Below are positions 17,688-27,352 of a stretch of 64,000 nucleotides of DNA, piece after piece. The notes under the pieces were generated by a model. It did no database searches and was not told the origin of the DNA. It saw only the letters and a program-made list of their open reading frames with translations. Position 1 is the stretch's first letter. Each line of letters opens with the position of its first letter. The position numbers and the translations under genes were made by a program. This DNA comes from Alphaproteobacteria bacterium (GTDB taxonomy: Bacteria > Pseudomonadota > Alphaproteobacteria > SP197), in contig OZ245842.1 of the NCBI GenBank assembly GCA_965228895.1, forward strand, positions 1,856,001 to 1,920,000. Direction: 5' to 3'.

Positions 17688-19010
17688 ATGACGAAGGATC
17701 TGATCGCACGCTACGGTCGCCGGCTGCCACGCTATACCAGCTATCCCACGGCACCCCACTTCCACGACGGCGTCGACGGTGCGACGTACGGCGCATGGCT
17801 CGACGATCTGCCGACAGAGGCGCCTTTGTCGCTCTATCTGCATGTACCCTTTTGCGACAGCCTGTGCTGGTACTGTGGTTGCCACACCAAGGTGGTCAAC
17901 CGCTACGATCCTATCGCCGGTTATCTCACCGACCTGATCGCCGAGATCACGCTGGTCGCCGACCGGCTCGATACGCGCCACCCCGTAACCCATCTCCACT
18001 TCGGTGGTGGATCGCCGACCATGTTGCGGCCTGACGACCTGGTCCTCCTGGGCGATGTCTTGCACGAGCGCTTCGACCTTCAAGACAACGCGGAAATCGC
18101 GATTGAGATCGATCCGCGCGGCCTAGCACCAGACACCGTCGCGGCCTTGCGTACGATCGGTGTCAACCGGGTCAGCCTGGGGCTGCAGGACATCAATCTG
18201 GCGGTGCAGACGGCAATCAATCGGTTTCAGCCACCGGCGACGAACTTCGACGCGGTCGGGTTGGTTCGTGACGCCGGCATTGAGGGATTGAATCTCGATC
18301 TGATGTACGGCCTGCCGCATCAAACGGTCGAGCGTGTCTTGGCGACGGTCGATCACGCCCTCGACCTGAAACCCGACCGCATTGCCTTGTTCGGCTACGC
18401 CCATGTACCCGCCATGAAACGGCATCAGCGCTTGATTCCGGAGGTGGCTTTGCCGGATGCCGCCGCGCGTCTTGCCCAGTCTGATGCCGCCGCGCGTCGA
18501 TTGGTTGAGGCGGGCTATCGCCGCATAGGGTTCGATCACTTCGCCCGGCCGGGTGATTCCATGGCCAAGGCAGTGGCGGGGCGTGATCTCTATCGCAACT
18601 TCCAGGGCTACAGCACGGACGCTTCGGAAACGCTGGTCGGTTTCGGCGCATCGGCGATCGGGACCTTGCGGCAAGGTTATGTGCAGAATGCCGCCGATGT
18701 CGGAGCCTGGCGCGATTGTGTCCGACGCGGCGAGCTGCCGACCGCGCGCGGGGTTGCGTTGACCGATGACGACCGGCGCCGGCGCGACGTCATCAATGAC
18801 CTGATGTGCCACCTTTCGGCCGATCTCTCGCCCGGCGAGTTCGAAACAGAACGCCAGATGCTGGCGCCGTTCGTGTCTGACGCATTGGTCAGGCTTGAGG
18901 GCGATGCGGTCGGCGTCACCGAACGCGGACGTCCTTTGGTGCGCAATATCGCGTCGGTCTTCGATGCCTATCTCGACGACTCCGGCACACGGCACGCCCA
19001 AGCCATCTAG
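17688..19010 (+). CDS. hemN: Oxygen-independent coproporphyrinogen III oxidase
   Basis: PRYTSYPTA, LYLHVPFCDSLCWYCGC, HFGGGSP and RNFQGY motifs. Confidence 0.95.
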   Translation: MTKDLIARYGRRLPRYTSYPTAPHFHDGVDGATYGAWLDDLPTEAPLSLYLHVPFCDSLCWYCGCHTKVVNRYDPIAGYLTDLIAEITLVADRLDTRHPVTHLHFGGGSPTMLRPDDLVLLGDVLHERFDLQDNAEIAIEIDPRGLAPDTVAALRTIGVNRVSLGLQDINLAVQTAINRFQPPATNFDAVGLVRDAGIEGLNLDLMYGLPHQTVERVLATVDHALDLKPDRIALFGYAHVPAMKRHQRLIPEVALPDAAARLAQSDAAARRLVEAGYRRIGFDHFARPGDSMAKAVAGRDLYRNFQGYSTDASETLVGFGASAIGTLRQGYVQNAADVGAWRDCVRRGELPTARGVALTDDDRRRRDVINDLMCHLSADLSPGEFETERQMLAPFVSDALVRLEGDAVGVTERGRPLVRNIASVFDAYLDDSGTRHAQAI

Positions 19011-19099
19011 AACATGAAACTCCGGTCCGGGCTCTGTTTGATCGGGTCCGGTCGAGCGCGTATCCGTGGCTGCGAGAAATCGTTCGGGAGAATACTGTC

Positions 19100-19483
19100 A
19101 TGGAACAACGCAGCATCAACGCACCGGATGCACCGGGCGCCGCCGGCGGCTATGCCCAGGCGCGCGAGGTTAGGGGTGCCAGCCGCACGCTCTATATCAG
19201 CGGCCAGATACCTGTAAGCGCCGACGGCACGACGCCAGACGGCTTTGTCGAACAGGCACGCACCGTCTGGGCCAACATCGAGGCCCAGCTAAGGGCCGCG
19301 GACATGGGCCTGGAGAACATCGTCAAACACACGACATTCCTTGCTCACCGCCGGTACCGTGACGATAATCGCATCGTCAGAAACGAGGTGCTGGGCGATC
19401 TGGACCCCGCCCTGACGGTGATCATCGCCGACATCTTCGATGAAGACTGGCTGCTTGAGATCGAAGCCATCGCCGAAGCATAG
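19100..19483 (+). CDS. RidA/YjgF family protein
   Basis: Y.QA, LYISGQIP and LLEIEAIA motifs. Confidence 0.9.
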   Translation: MEQRSINAPDAPGAAGGYAQAREVRGASRTLYISGQIPVSADGTTPDGFVEQARTVWANIEAQLRAADMGLENIVKHTTFLAHRRYRDDNRIVRNEVLGDLDPALTVIIADIFDEDWLLEIEAIAEA

Positions 19484-19504
19484 TCCGCTGAGCGGGAGGA
19501 AGTC

Positions 19505-20392
19505 GTGACAACGTCCCACGCCGAGCAGCTTCGCGAGGAAGGCTACGCCATCATCCGCGGCTTCGTGCCGCCTGACGAGATCGCTGACATCGAACGGGCC
19601 GTCGATGACGTTTATGCCGAAGGCATGACGCACCCGACGACCTTCCGTCACGGCAACCTGAAGTTCGAGCTGCTGAATGATCCGGCCGCTGGCAAGAAGC
19701 TTGTTTTGCAGGCCTATTGGTTTGCCTGGATCAACCGGGTGCTGGAAGAGCAGCGTCGCCACCCGCGCTACCTCGACGCACTCGAACCGATGCTGGGGCG
19801 TGACATCAAGCACATCTCCAACCAGATCCACTGGAAACATCCGGGCGCCAAATACACGTTCTACCGCTACCACCAGGATGTCCGGTTTCGTGAGAACAAG
19901 GCGGTCTATCTGGGCCTCGACGAACTCGAGTCGTTGTGGATCACCACCGGCCTTGCGGTGAACGCCCAGGATGCCTCAAACGGCGCGCTGCAGGTTTTTC
20001 CTGGCAGCCACAAGCGCGGCTATCTCGGTCTCTCCGAAGGCGGCACCATCATGGCCGGCGAGACGCCCGAGCAGCACCTAATCGATGCCGGCCTGGACCC
20101 CGCCGACATGGTGCAGTGCGAGCTGGAGCCCGGCGACCTCGTGATGTGGACGCTCTATACGGTGCACGGCTCGCCGCCCAACACGTCGGACCGCGAACGC
20201 AAGTTCATCCTGAACGGCTATGCCCGCGCGTCGGCCTCGCCGGAGCGCGGCGAATGGGCGTTCCGCGACGGTGTTTCAACGCCGCTTGGCAACGAACAGC
20301 AGGTCTGCAAATTCGAGCGGCTGCGCGAGGAACCGGACCCCGTCTACATCGACGACACGTGGACGGACGAGGCGCGTCAGGCGCAATCGTAG
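19505..20392 (+). CDS. Phytanoyl-CoA dioxygenase (PhyH) family protein
   Basis: YHQD, NGALQVFPGSH and VHGSPPNTSDRER motifs. Confidence 0.9.
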   Translation: MTTSHAEQLREEGYAIIRGFVPPDEIADIERAVDDVYAEGMTHPTTFRHGNLKFELLNDPAAGKKLVLQAYWFAWINRVLEEQRRHPRYLDALEPMLGRDIKHISNQIHWKHPGAKYTFYRYHQDVRFRENKAVYLGLDELESLWITTGLAVNAQDASNGALQVFPGSHKRGYLGLSEGGTIMAGETPEQHLIDAGLDPADMVQCELEPGDLVMWTLYTVHGSPPNTSDRERKFILNGYARASASPERGEWAFRDGVSTPLGNEQQVCKFERLREEPDPVYIDDTWTDEARQAQS

Positions 20393-20421
20393 ACGCCGCG
20401 AGTCCAAAGCCCGTTGTGTGA

Positions 20422-20832
20422 TCAGTCTTCCACCTGGTCGTAACCGTCGCCGAGGAACTGCAGCAAACACACGCCATGGCCAAAGGGATCGCGCAGCGTC
20501 GCGAGTTTGCCCCATTGGCGCGTGCTGATGTCGCCACGTTGGGTCGCGCCCGCCTCCAGAGCTTTCTCTAGAGCCACATCCATATCGTCGACCAGGACGT
20601 CGAGATGTACGGGCGTCCAGTGGCTCACATAATCTCGGGCGATCGATGTCCCGTGTACGGCAATCGACCCTTGCTCCTGTTCGATCAGGTAGAGCTTGGT
20701 GTCTGCCGCCAAAAGTTCAGCGACGGTTCCATCGAACAGCATGCGCGAGAACGCGAAACCAAGGCCAGCCTCATAAAAGTGCCTTGCGGCCTTCATGTCC
20801 GGTACATCAATGTTAACGATGACGGACACCAT
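20422..20832 (-). CDS. VOC/glyoxalase family protein
   Basis: NIDVPD, HWTPVHLD and DPFGHGVC motifs. Confidence 0.88.
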   Translation of the reverse strand: MVSVIVNIDVPDMKAARHFYEAGLGFAFSRMLFDGTVAELLAADTKLYLIEQEQGSIAVHGTSIARDYVSHWTPVHLDVLVDDMDVALEKALEAGATQRGDISTRQWGKLATLRDPFGHGVCLLQFLGDGYDQVED

Positions 20833-20874
20833 GATGGCCGGTCTTCCTCAATTCAATGTCCCACAGGAAGCTCT

Positions 20875-22263
20875 CTAGCTCGCCTGCTCCAGGAGCTTTT
20901 CCGCCAACGCCCATTTCTGCTTCGGCGACATCTTCTTGATTTCGTTGTCGATCGTGCGCTGGTTGACCATCTGGTTCCACAGGTCCAGCGCGTCGAAGCC
21001 CAAAAGGCCCGCCTTGCCGATGAAGTTGCGGATCACCTCGTTGGTCGGCGCCATCAGCCAGCCGGCCTTGCCGTCGCGCAGGTAGCGCTCCAGACCCAGG
21101 CCCGCCTTGTAGCCGGTGCCGCCGGAGGCGTGCAGCATCTTGTCGCCGACCTCGGAGACGTTCGCGGCGGCGGTGTACTTGGCCTGCCAGCTCCAGGCGG
21201 CGGTATCGGCGCGCGGGCAGTTTGTGACATCAGCATGGATCGACCAGTCGCAGCCGTTCGTGATGCCGTCCATCAGGCGGCAGACCTCGTAGTTCAGCAT
21301 ACGGCTGGCATTGGTCGCGATGATGGCTTCGCCGACGTAATCCTGGATCGTCGGGTAGTCGCAGACGCGCAAGCCGACATCGACGTGCTTTTTGCGCGTC
21401 GTGTGTTTCTTGACGATGTCGATCATGCCCAAGGCGATGCCGTTCCAGCAGGCCGCCGTGCCGAACAGGAAAAAGGGGTCGGTTGCTTCCTCGTTTGACG
21501 CCGCGCCGTCGCCGACCGGGCCGACCAAGCGATCGGCAGGCAGGGCGACGTTGTCGATTTCGATCGGGCCCGATTGGTTGCCCTTCAACCCCATACCGTC
21601 CCAAGATCCGGGATGAGCCTTGATCTCGTCGCCCATGACGAGCCAGGTCGAAAAGTTCGCGTAGTCGCCGTCGAAATCGGGACTGGTCGTCTGGGCGATG
21701 TACCAGTCGGCGAACCCGCCCGATGTCGTCCACGAGGCTTTCTTCGAGAGCCGCCAGCCGTCGCCGTCCTTCTCGGCCTTTGACGAAATCAGGAACCAGA
21801 CATGGCTACCGGTCGCGGGGTCTGACAGCGACAACGTGCCGACCAGGCACTCCTTGTCGAGCCGGCGCATGAGGTCCTGGATCGCCGCGTTGTCGTGGTG
21901 GCGCAGCATGGCGCCGGCAACCGCCGCGCAGTGCATGACGTAACACATCGCCGTCGAGGCGCAGCCGTAACGCGCGATGGTCTCGACCACCATGGCGGTG
22001 GCGACGTGGTTCTCACCAAGGCCGCCGAGCGCCTTCGGAACGTTGAGGCCGAGCAGGCCCATGCCCGCAAGCGCCTCAAAGTTTTTGCGTGGGAAGATGA
22101 ACCCCTGGTCGCTCTCGATGGCGTTGGCGCGCAAGGTCGTGCGGCATAACTCGATCAGCCTGTCGCGAAGTCCTTTCTGGGCATCGCTCAGCAGCCAGTC
22201 GGGATCGAAATCCGATGTCAGGCCGCGATAGCCATTTTCGTCCCACATCTCGTCGGCGCTCAT
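20875..22263 (-). CDS. Acyl-CoA dehydrogenase-fold flavoprotein (atypical)
   Basis: ALGGLG, SDPATGS, K.SWTTSGG, WDGMGLKGN and LERYLRD motifs; C-terminal LMAPTNEV in place of IYEGT. Confidence 0.88.
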   Translation of the reverse strand: MSADEMWDENGYRGLTSDFDPDWLLSDAQKGLRDRLIELCRTTLRANAIESDQGFIFPRKNFEALAGMGLLGLNVPKALGGLGENHVATAMVVETIARYGCASTAMCYVMHCAAVAGAMLRHHDNAAIQDLMRRLDKECLVGTLSLSDPATGSHVWFLISSKAEKDGDGWRLSKKASWTTSGGFADWYIAQTTSPDFDGDYANFSTWLVMGDEIKAHPGSWDGMGLKGNQSGPIEIDNVALPADRLVGPVGDGAASNEEATDPFFLFGTAACWNGIALGMIDIVKKHTTRKKHVDVGLRVCDYPTIQDYVGEAIIATNASRMLNYEVCRLMDGITNGCDWSIHADVTNCPRADTAAWSWQAKYTAAANVSEVGDKMLHASGGTGYKAGLGLERYLRDGKAGWLMAPTNEVIRNFIGKAGLLGFDALDLWNQMVNQRTIDNEIKKMSPKQKWALAEKLLEQAS

Positions 22264-22329
22264 GGTGTCTCCCCGTTCGATCCGGGCGACAGTTGTAGTG
22301 CCTTACGGGAAGGGCGCAAGAGCCTCGTG

Positions 22330-23208
22330 TCAGGTGCGCAGGATGTGCGGCAGACCCATGGCGACGATGCGGTGCAGCAGGCGGCGGTTTGTCGAATCGT
22401 CGGCCGGGCCGATCGGGGCGGCGCAATGCATGGTCGCGGTGTTATCCCACAGCACGAGGTCACCGGGCCGGTAGCGGTGGCGGTAGACGTAGCGCTCATC
22501 AATTGCGTGGTTCTTCAGGCGGCACATCAGGTCGCTGGTCGCCGGCCGGTCGAGCCCCTCGACCTCGATCCACGAACCGGCGGGCGCATAGAGCACGATC
22601 TCGCCGGTCACGCTGTGCGGCCGGGCGATCGGGTGGCGTCCGGGCGGCGGCAGCTCCTTGGCCTGGTCGTCGCTCATCGGGTGGACGGCGAATTCCCAAT
22701 CCTCACGCTCGCCGGCGCCATAGCGGTGGGCACAGATCAAGCCGTCAACTTCATCCTTGGTTGACGAGTCGAGGTCGGCGTAGGCCGCCACAAGATCGGT
22801 GAACATGGTCTCGCCGCCGGTAGCCGGCGCGTGCACGCAATAGAGCATGGTGACGGCATTGCAGTCGGGCGCGTAGGCACGGTCGGTATGCCAGAAGGCC
22901 GCGCCGTTCCGGAACTCGGCCGTCTCCAGAAGGCCGCCGGTGTTGCCGACGGAGATAATGCCGGGATGCCCTTCGACCGCCAGATTGGTGTAAGGCTCCA
23001 GGAAGAGGTCACCCCATCGCTCGCCGAACCGTTCATAGGCGTCGGCGTCTAGCGCCTGGTCGCGAAAGACCAACAGCCGGCGGCGGTAGAGCGCGTCGGT
23101 CAGCACTCCCATGGTGGCATCGTCGATGTCGTGGTTGAGATCCAGGCCGTGGACGATCGCGCCCAGCGGTCCGTCGGTGTCGTCGATCTGTGCTGTGTCG
23201 TGTGTCAT
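22330..23208 (-). CDS. TauD/TfdA-family Fe(II)/2OG dioxygenase
   Basis: WHTD, GGETMF, LWDN..TMH and RLLHR motifs. Confidence 0.92.
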   Translation of the reverse strand: MTHDTAQIDDTDGPLGAIVHGLDLNHDIDDATMGVLTDALYRRRLLVFRDQALDADAYERFGERWGDLFLEPYTNLAVEGHPGIISVGNTGGLLETAEFRNGAAFWHTDRAYAPDCNAVTMLYCVHAPATGGETMFTDLVAAYADLDSSTKDEVDGLICAHRYGAGEREDWEFAVHPMSDDQAKELPPPGRHPIARPHSVTGEIVLYAPAGSWIEVEGLDRPATSDLMCRLKNHAIDERYVYRHRYRPGDLVLWDNTATMHCAAPIGPADDSTNRRLLHRIVAMGLPHILRT

Positions 23209-23224
23209 GGCCTCTTACGTAGGA

Positions 23225-24271
23225 TCAGCGTGCGGCGGCAGCCGCAGATTCCTCCACATAACCGCGAATGATCTCCTGAAGCCGGGCCGTGTGCGTTTCA
23301 AGTTTGGGCGAGAGCATGCCGGTGTCATAGACGCCGGCCTCCAGGTTTCGCTGCACGGTTTGGCAAATGCCGAGATCTTCGTTAACGATCGTCTCGGCCC
23401 AGGCGAAGGCGTCGGCGCGTGCCTGATCGTCCATGCCGCCGTACCAGGCCCAACTGGTCGATCGAAGGCTACCCGGTCCGACCGGATCGATGCGCTCTGC
23501 CTTGAATCCGGTCGGGCCCGCCACCGCCTGAAACCCCGGCATCCGGTAGTACCAGATGCCCCCGCTACCGCGAACGCCGGTGTCCGGCCCGTGGTAGCCG
23601 ACATGAAAGACGACGAGGTGACCATCCTGATAGGACCTGATGTCGGTCTCCGCCTGGTCGACGATCTTGGTCAGGCGCTGATGAACGAAGGGCAGGTGAT
23701 ACCCTTCGACCGTGTTGTCGCAATAGGTCTTCCAGTTCGCCGGACCTTCGACGGTGAAGCTGCCGTGAAAGTCGAGGTCGCCAGTGTCCGGGTAAGCCAT
23801 GGAGAGTTCGGTGACCTCACCCAACCATGTCATGAGGTCGGGCGCGTCCTCGCTCAGGCAGACGAACACCAGCCCGTTCCAAACCGCGACCCGAACCGGG
23901 AACAACCCGAACCCGGAACGTGTAAACCCGTCGGGCTCGCCGAACTTCGGCGTCAGCTTGAGCGCGCCGTCCAGGTCATAGGTCCAGCCGTGATAGGGGC
24001 AGCGCAACGCTGTGCTCTTTCCGGTCTGACCACAGGGAACAAGCGCAGCAGCGCGGTGGCGGCAGACGTTATGAAACCCTTTCAAGCCGCCATTGGCCTG
24101 ACGGACGACGACCAGGGGCCAGCCGGCGACCGTGTCGGCGCGCCAAGAACCCGGGTCCGGCATATCGTGTTCCGGGCCGAACAGGGCCCAGTTGCGGCGA
24201 AAGATCGTCGCACGCTCGCGCTGCAGGATCGCGGGGTCGGTGTACCAGGCCGCTGGGAGCGTCCGTGTCAT
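23225..24271 (-). CDS. Rieske non-heme iron oxygenase alpha subunit (choline-monooxygenase-like)
   Basis: NVCRHR...CPYHGW Rieske motif; NWK...DN..EGYH...VH and ED mononuclear-iron ligands. Confidence 0.92.
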   Translation of the reverse strand: MTRTLPAAWYTDPAILQRERATIFRRNWALFGPEHDMPDPGSWRADTVAGWPLVVVRQANGGLKGFHNVCRHRAAALVPCGQTGKSTALRCPYHGWTYDLDGALKLTPKFGEPDGFTRSGFGLFPVRVAVWNGLVFVCLSEDAPDLMTWLGEVTELSMAYPDTGDLDFHGSFTVEGPANWKTYCDNTVEGYHLPFVHQRLTKIVDQAETDIRSYQDGHLVVFHVGYHGPDTGVRGSGGIWYYRMPGFQAVAGPTGFKAERIDPVGPGSLRSTSWAWYGGMDDQARADAFAWAETIVNEDLGICQTVQRNLEAGVYDTGMLSPKLETHTARLQEIIRGYVEESAAAAAR

Positions 24272-24339
24272 GGTGTTGACCTTGCAGGATAGGGCTTCCC
24301 AGAGCAAGGTGCGGGCGAGGTCACAGGAGAACAAGCGAC

Positions 24340-25302
24340 ATGGCGTCGTCCAACAACTTTCAGCCCGTCGATGCGACGATCACGCCGCGGTTCGGCGATA
24401 TCCCGACCTTCATGCGGCTGCCCCATGTAAGGGATCCCGGCGAGGTCGATATCGCGCTGATCGGCGTGCCGTGGGATGGCGGCACGACCAACCGGGCGGG
24501 CGCGCGCCACGGCCCGCGCGAGATCCGCAATCAGTCGAGTTTTATGCGCAAGGTGCATCATGTCAGCCGCATCGCGCCTTACGACATCGCGCGGGTCGCC
24601 GATCTCGGCGATTGCCCGGTCAACCCGATCAACCTGGATGACACGCTTGCCAGGGTCGAGCGTTTCTTCACAAAGGTCCATGACGCCGGCGCGGTGCCGC
24701 TGTCGGCCGGCGGCGATCACCTGATGACGCTGCCGATCTTCCGCGCCATCGCCAAGGACCGGGCGATCGGCATGGTCCATGTCGACGCCCACTCCGACAC
24801 CAACGATCGTTACTTCGGCGAGAACCTCTATACCCACGGCACGCCGTTCCGCCGCGCGGTCGAGGAGGGGCTGCTGGATCCCAAGCGCACGGTCCAGATC
24901 GGCATCCGCGGCTCGATCTACAGTCCCGACGACATGGCGTTTGCCGAAGAGACGGGCATGCGCGTGATCTTCATGGAGGAGTTCTGCGAGCTCGATGTTG
25001 CCGGCACGGTTGCCGAGGCGCGTCGTGTCGTGGGCGAAGGGCCGACCTATATCAGTTTCGATGTCGACGGGCTCGACCCGGTCTATGCGCCGGGCACCGG
25101 CACACCGGAGATCGGCGGCCTGACGACGCGCGAGGCTCAGCATCTGCTGCGCGGGCTTCAGGGCCTCGACCTGATCGGCGGCGACGTCGTCGAGGTCGCG
25201 CCGCCGTTCGATCCCAGCGGCAACACGGCGCTGGTTGGCGCCACCATGATGTTCGAAATCCTGTGCCTGCTGGCCGATTCCCTGGCACAGCGTCGAGGAT
25301 GA
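24340..25302 (+). CDS. Ureohydrolase (agmatinase/guanidinobutyrase family)
   Basis: GGDH, DAHSD, HGTPF, SFDVDGLDP..APGTGTP and DVVEVAP motifs. Confidence 0.93.
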   Translation: MASSNNFQPVDATITPRFGDIPTFMRLPHVRDPGEVDIALIGVPWDGGTTNRAGARHGPREIRNQSSFMRKVHHVSRIAPYDIARVADLGDCPVNPINLDDTLARVERFFTKVHDAGAVPLSAGGDHLMTLPIFRAIAKDRAIGMVHVDAHSDTNDRYFGENLYTHGTPFRRAVEEGLLDPKRTVQIGIRGSIYSPDDMAFAEETGMRVIFMEEFCELDVAGTVAEARRVVGEGPTYISFDVDGLDPVYAPGTGTPEIGGLTTREAQHLLRGLQGLDLIGGDVVEVAPPFDPSGNTALVGATMMFEILCLLADSLAQRRG

Positions 25303-25308
25303 TAGGCC

Positions 25309-26262
25309 GTGGCGCCGCGCCGACTGCCGACCTTGAGCGCGCTGCGCGCGTTTGAAGCGGCGGCGCGTCACGGCAGTTTCAAGCTTGCCGCCCACGAACT
25401 GGCGGTCACCCCGACATCGATCAGCCACCAAGTGAAATCGCTGGAGGAGCAGCTCGGCCTGAAACTCTTCGAGCGTTTCAACCGCAGGGTCGAGCTGACA
25501 CAGGCCGGCGAGCACTACGTTGCCGCGCTGACCCGCGCCTTTGACGACATCGACGCGGCCACGCGTCAGTTGGGTGAGCATGGCAAGAGCGACGAGGGCG
25601 GACAGCGCCTCGTCATCGTCTGCAATCCCGGCTTTGTCGATTGTTGGCTGCGGGCGCGGCTCGCCGACTTTCAATCCCGCCATCCCGGTTTGTGGCCCGA
25701 GATCATTTCGTCCGATGCTACCCGTGAAGAACTGGCCGGGGGCGCACACATGGCTATTCACTATGGCCACCCATTGAACGGCCTGCGCTGCGAGCTCCTG
25801 ACGAAGACGAAGTACTTTCCGGTTTGCAGCCCCAAGCTCATGGAGGGCCCGCACGCGCTGACATCGCTTGCCAATTTGCGCCACCATACCTTGCTGCATG
25901 AGGCCGCCCCGCAGCATTGGGGCCAGTGGCTGAAGGACGCCGGTGCGCCTGCCGGCATTGACTGGCGGGCCGGGCCCGTCTTTCACAGTTCCGTCCTTGT
26001 GATCGAGACAGCGGTCGCGGGGCACGGCGTCGCCATGGCCGATGAGCTGATCGCCGGCGACCACTTGAAAGCCGGCCGTCTGGTCAAACCCTTCGGTCTG
26101 ACGCTGGATGCGGCCCAGGCCTGCTACCTCGTTGCGCCAAGAGGCGGTGCGACACCGCAGGGAATTGACGTGTTTCGTGACTGGCTGATCGACCAGATCG
26201 CGCGCTTCAAACCTGTGATGGACGATCTGGCCAGAAACGAACCCTACCGGCGCCCTGCCTGA
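25309..26262 (+). CDS. LysR-family regulator (GcvA-like)
   Basis: LSALRAFEAAARHGSF..AA.EL.VT..SISHQVK HTH; LLH and W..W motifs. Confidence 0.92.
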   Translation: MAPRRLPTLSALRAFEAAARHGSFKLAAHELAVTPTSISHQVKSLEEQLGLKLFERFNRRVELTQAGEHYVAALTRAFDDIDAATRQLGEHGKSDEGGQRLVIVCNPGFVDCWLRARLADFQSRHPGLWPEIISSDATREELAGGAHMAIHYGHPLNGLRCELLTKTKYFPVCSPKLMEGPHALTSLANLRHHTLLHEAAPQHWGQWLKDAGAPAGIDWRAGPVFHSSVLVIETAVAGHGVAMADELIAGDHLKAGRLVKPFGLTLDAAQACYLVAPRGGATPQGIDVFRDWLIDQIARFKPVMDDLARNEPYRRPA

Positions 26263-26276
26263 ACCGCGAATTCGCA

Positions 26277-26289
26277 TGAGTTGAATTCA
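26277..26289. promoter_or_regulatory. LysR T-N11-A box upstream of the desaturase-like gene
   Basis: TGAGTTGAATTCA (TGA-N7-TCA), followed about 20 nt later by CTCGTTTG. Confidence 0.5.
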
Positions 26290-26384
26290 CCCGAGCGACT
26301 GCGATATGCTCGTTTGTCGCGGCATGAAGCAAACTCTAGTGTCGGGTCACAAACGGGCCGCCGCGGTTCGCGTTGGAGTACGCC

Positions 26385-27338
26385 ATGCAAGAGAGTTTTG
26401 CCGTTCGCGCCGGTGTCGCGCCCGAGCGCCTTAGAGAACTGACAAAGAAGTCCGATGTTCGCGGCGGGCTACAGCTCGCCAGCCACCTGCTTGCCATGGT
26501 CGCGACCGGCTGGTTGCTGTGGCTGACCTGGGGCACGTGGTGGGGCGTGCCGGTCTTCATGATCCACGGCCTTTTGATCAACTACCTCTATGCTGCCCAG
26601 CATGAATCGAGTCACGAGACCGTCTTTCGCGTCCGCTGGATGAACGAGTGGCTGGGGCGGTTTACGGGCTTTGTGCTGATGTATCCGCGCGACTATGACC
26701 GTTGGCAGCACCTGACCCATCATCGCAACACCCAGGACCCCGAGAAGGACTCGGAGTTGCTCATTACGGGTCTTGGCAGTGGACTGTTCGGTTATCTCTT
26801 GGCGCTCAGCGGCATCAGTCTGTGGCTCGGTCTGGGCAAGACCATGATCCAGCACGCGCTTGGCAAGGCGCCGGCCAACAAGTCGGAATACTATCTGACC
26901 GATCAGCAACAGCGGGCGGTGATCGCCGAGGCGCGCTGGCATCTGGCCGGTTATGCCTTGATCGCGGTCGTCTCGATCCTGTTTGAGACCTGGGCGGCGG
27001 TCATTCTGTGGGTCGCCCCGACCGTGGCGATGGCCTGGACCCATCAACTGCAGAACTACATCGAACACACCGGCCTGCCGACCGGCGGCAAGGACATCTG
27101 GACCAACACGCGGACGGTAAAGACCAATGCCTTCATGCGTTGGCTGTCATGGGGGATGGTCTACCACGCTGCCCACCACACCTATCCGGCCGTGCCGTTT
27201 CATCGGCTCAAGGCGTTGAACGACGCGCTGGTCACCGCGCGCGGCGGGCCCTCGCCGACTGACAGCTATCTCGCGTTTCAGGCCAAGACGATCGCGGCGT
27301 TGGCTCGGGGCACCAAGGACGCCGACGCCTACGTCTAG
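26385..27338 (+). CDS. Membrane diiron fatty-acid desaturase/hydroxylase-family protein (MocD-like)
   Basis: His boxes QHESSH, HLTHH, EH and YHAAHH; several TM helices. Confidence 0.88.
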   Translation: MQESFAVRAGVAPERLRELTKKSDVRGGLQLASHLLAMVATGWLLWLTWGTWWGVPVFMIHGLLINYLYAAQHESSHETVFRVRWMNEWLGRFTGFVLMYPRDYDRWQHLTHHRNTQDPEKDSELLITGLGSGLFGYLLALSGISLWLGLGKTMIQHALGKAPANKSEYYLTDQQQRAVIAEARWHLAGYALIAVVSILFETWAAVILWVAPTVAMAWTHQLQNYIEHTGLPTGGKDIWTNTRTVKTNAFMRWLSWGMVYHAAHHTYPAVPFHRLKALNDALVTARGGPSPTDSYLAFQAKTIAALARGTKDADAYV

Positions 27339-27352
27339 TGGTGTCGGCGATG

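Noticed and set aside
24268-26277. Long antisense ORFs (669 aa here; also 5973-7466, 4262-5302, 60961-62370)
   Set aside because: They are shadows of well-supported genes on the opposite strand, expected in high-GC DNA, with no motifs of their own.
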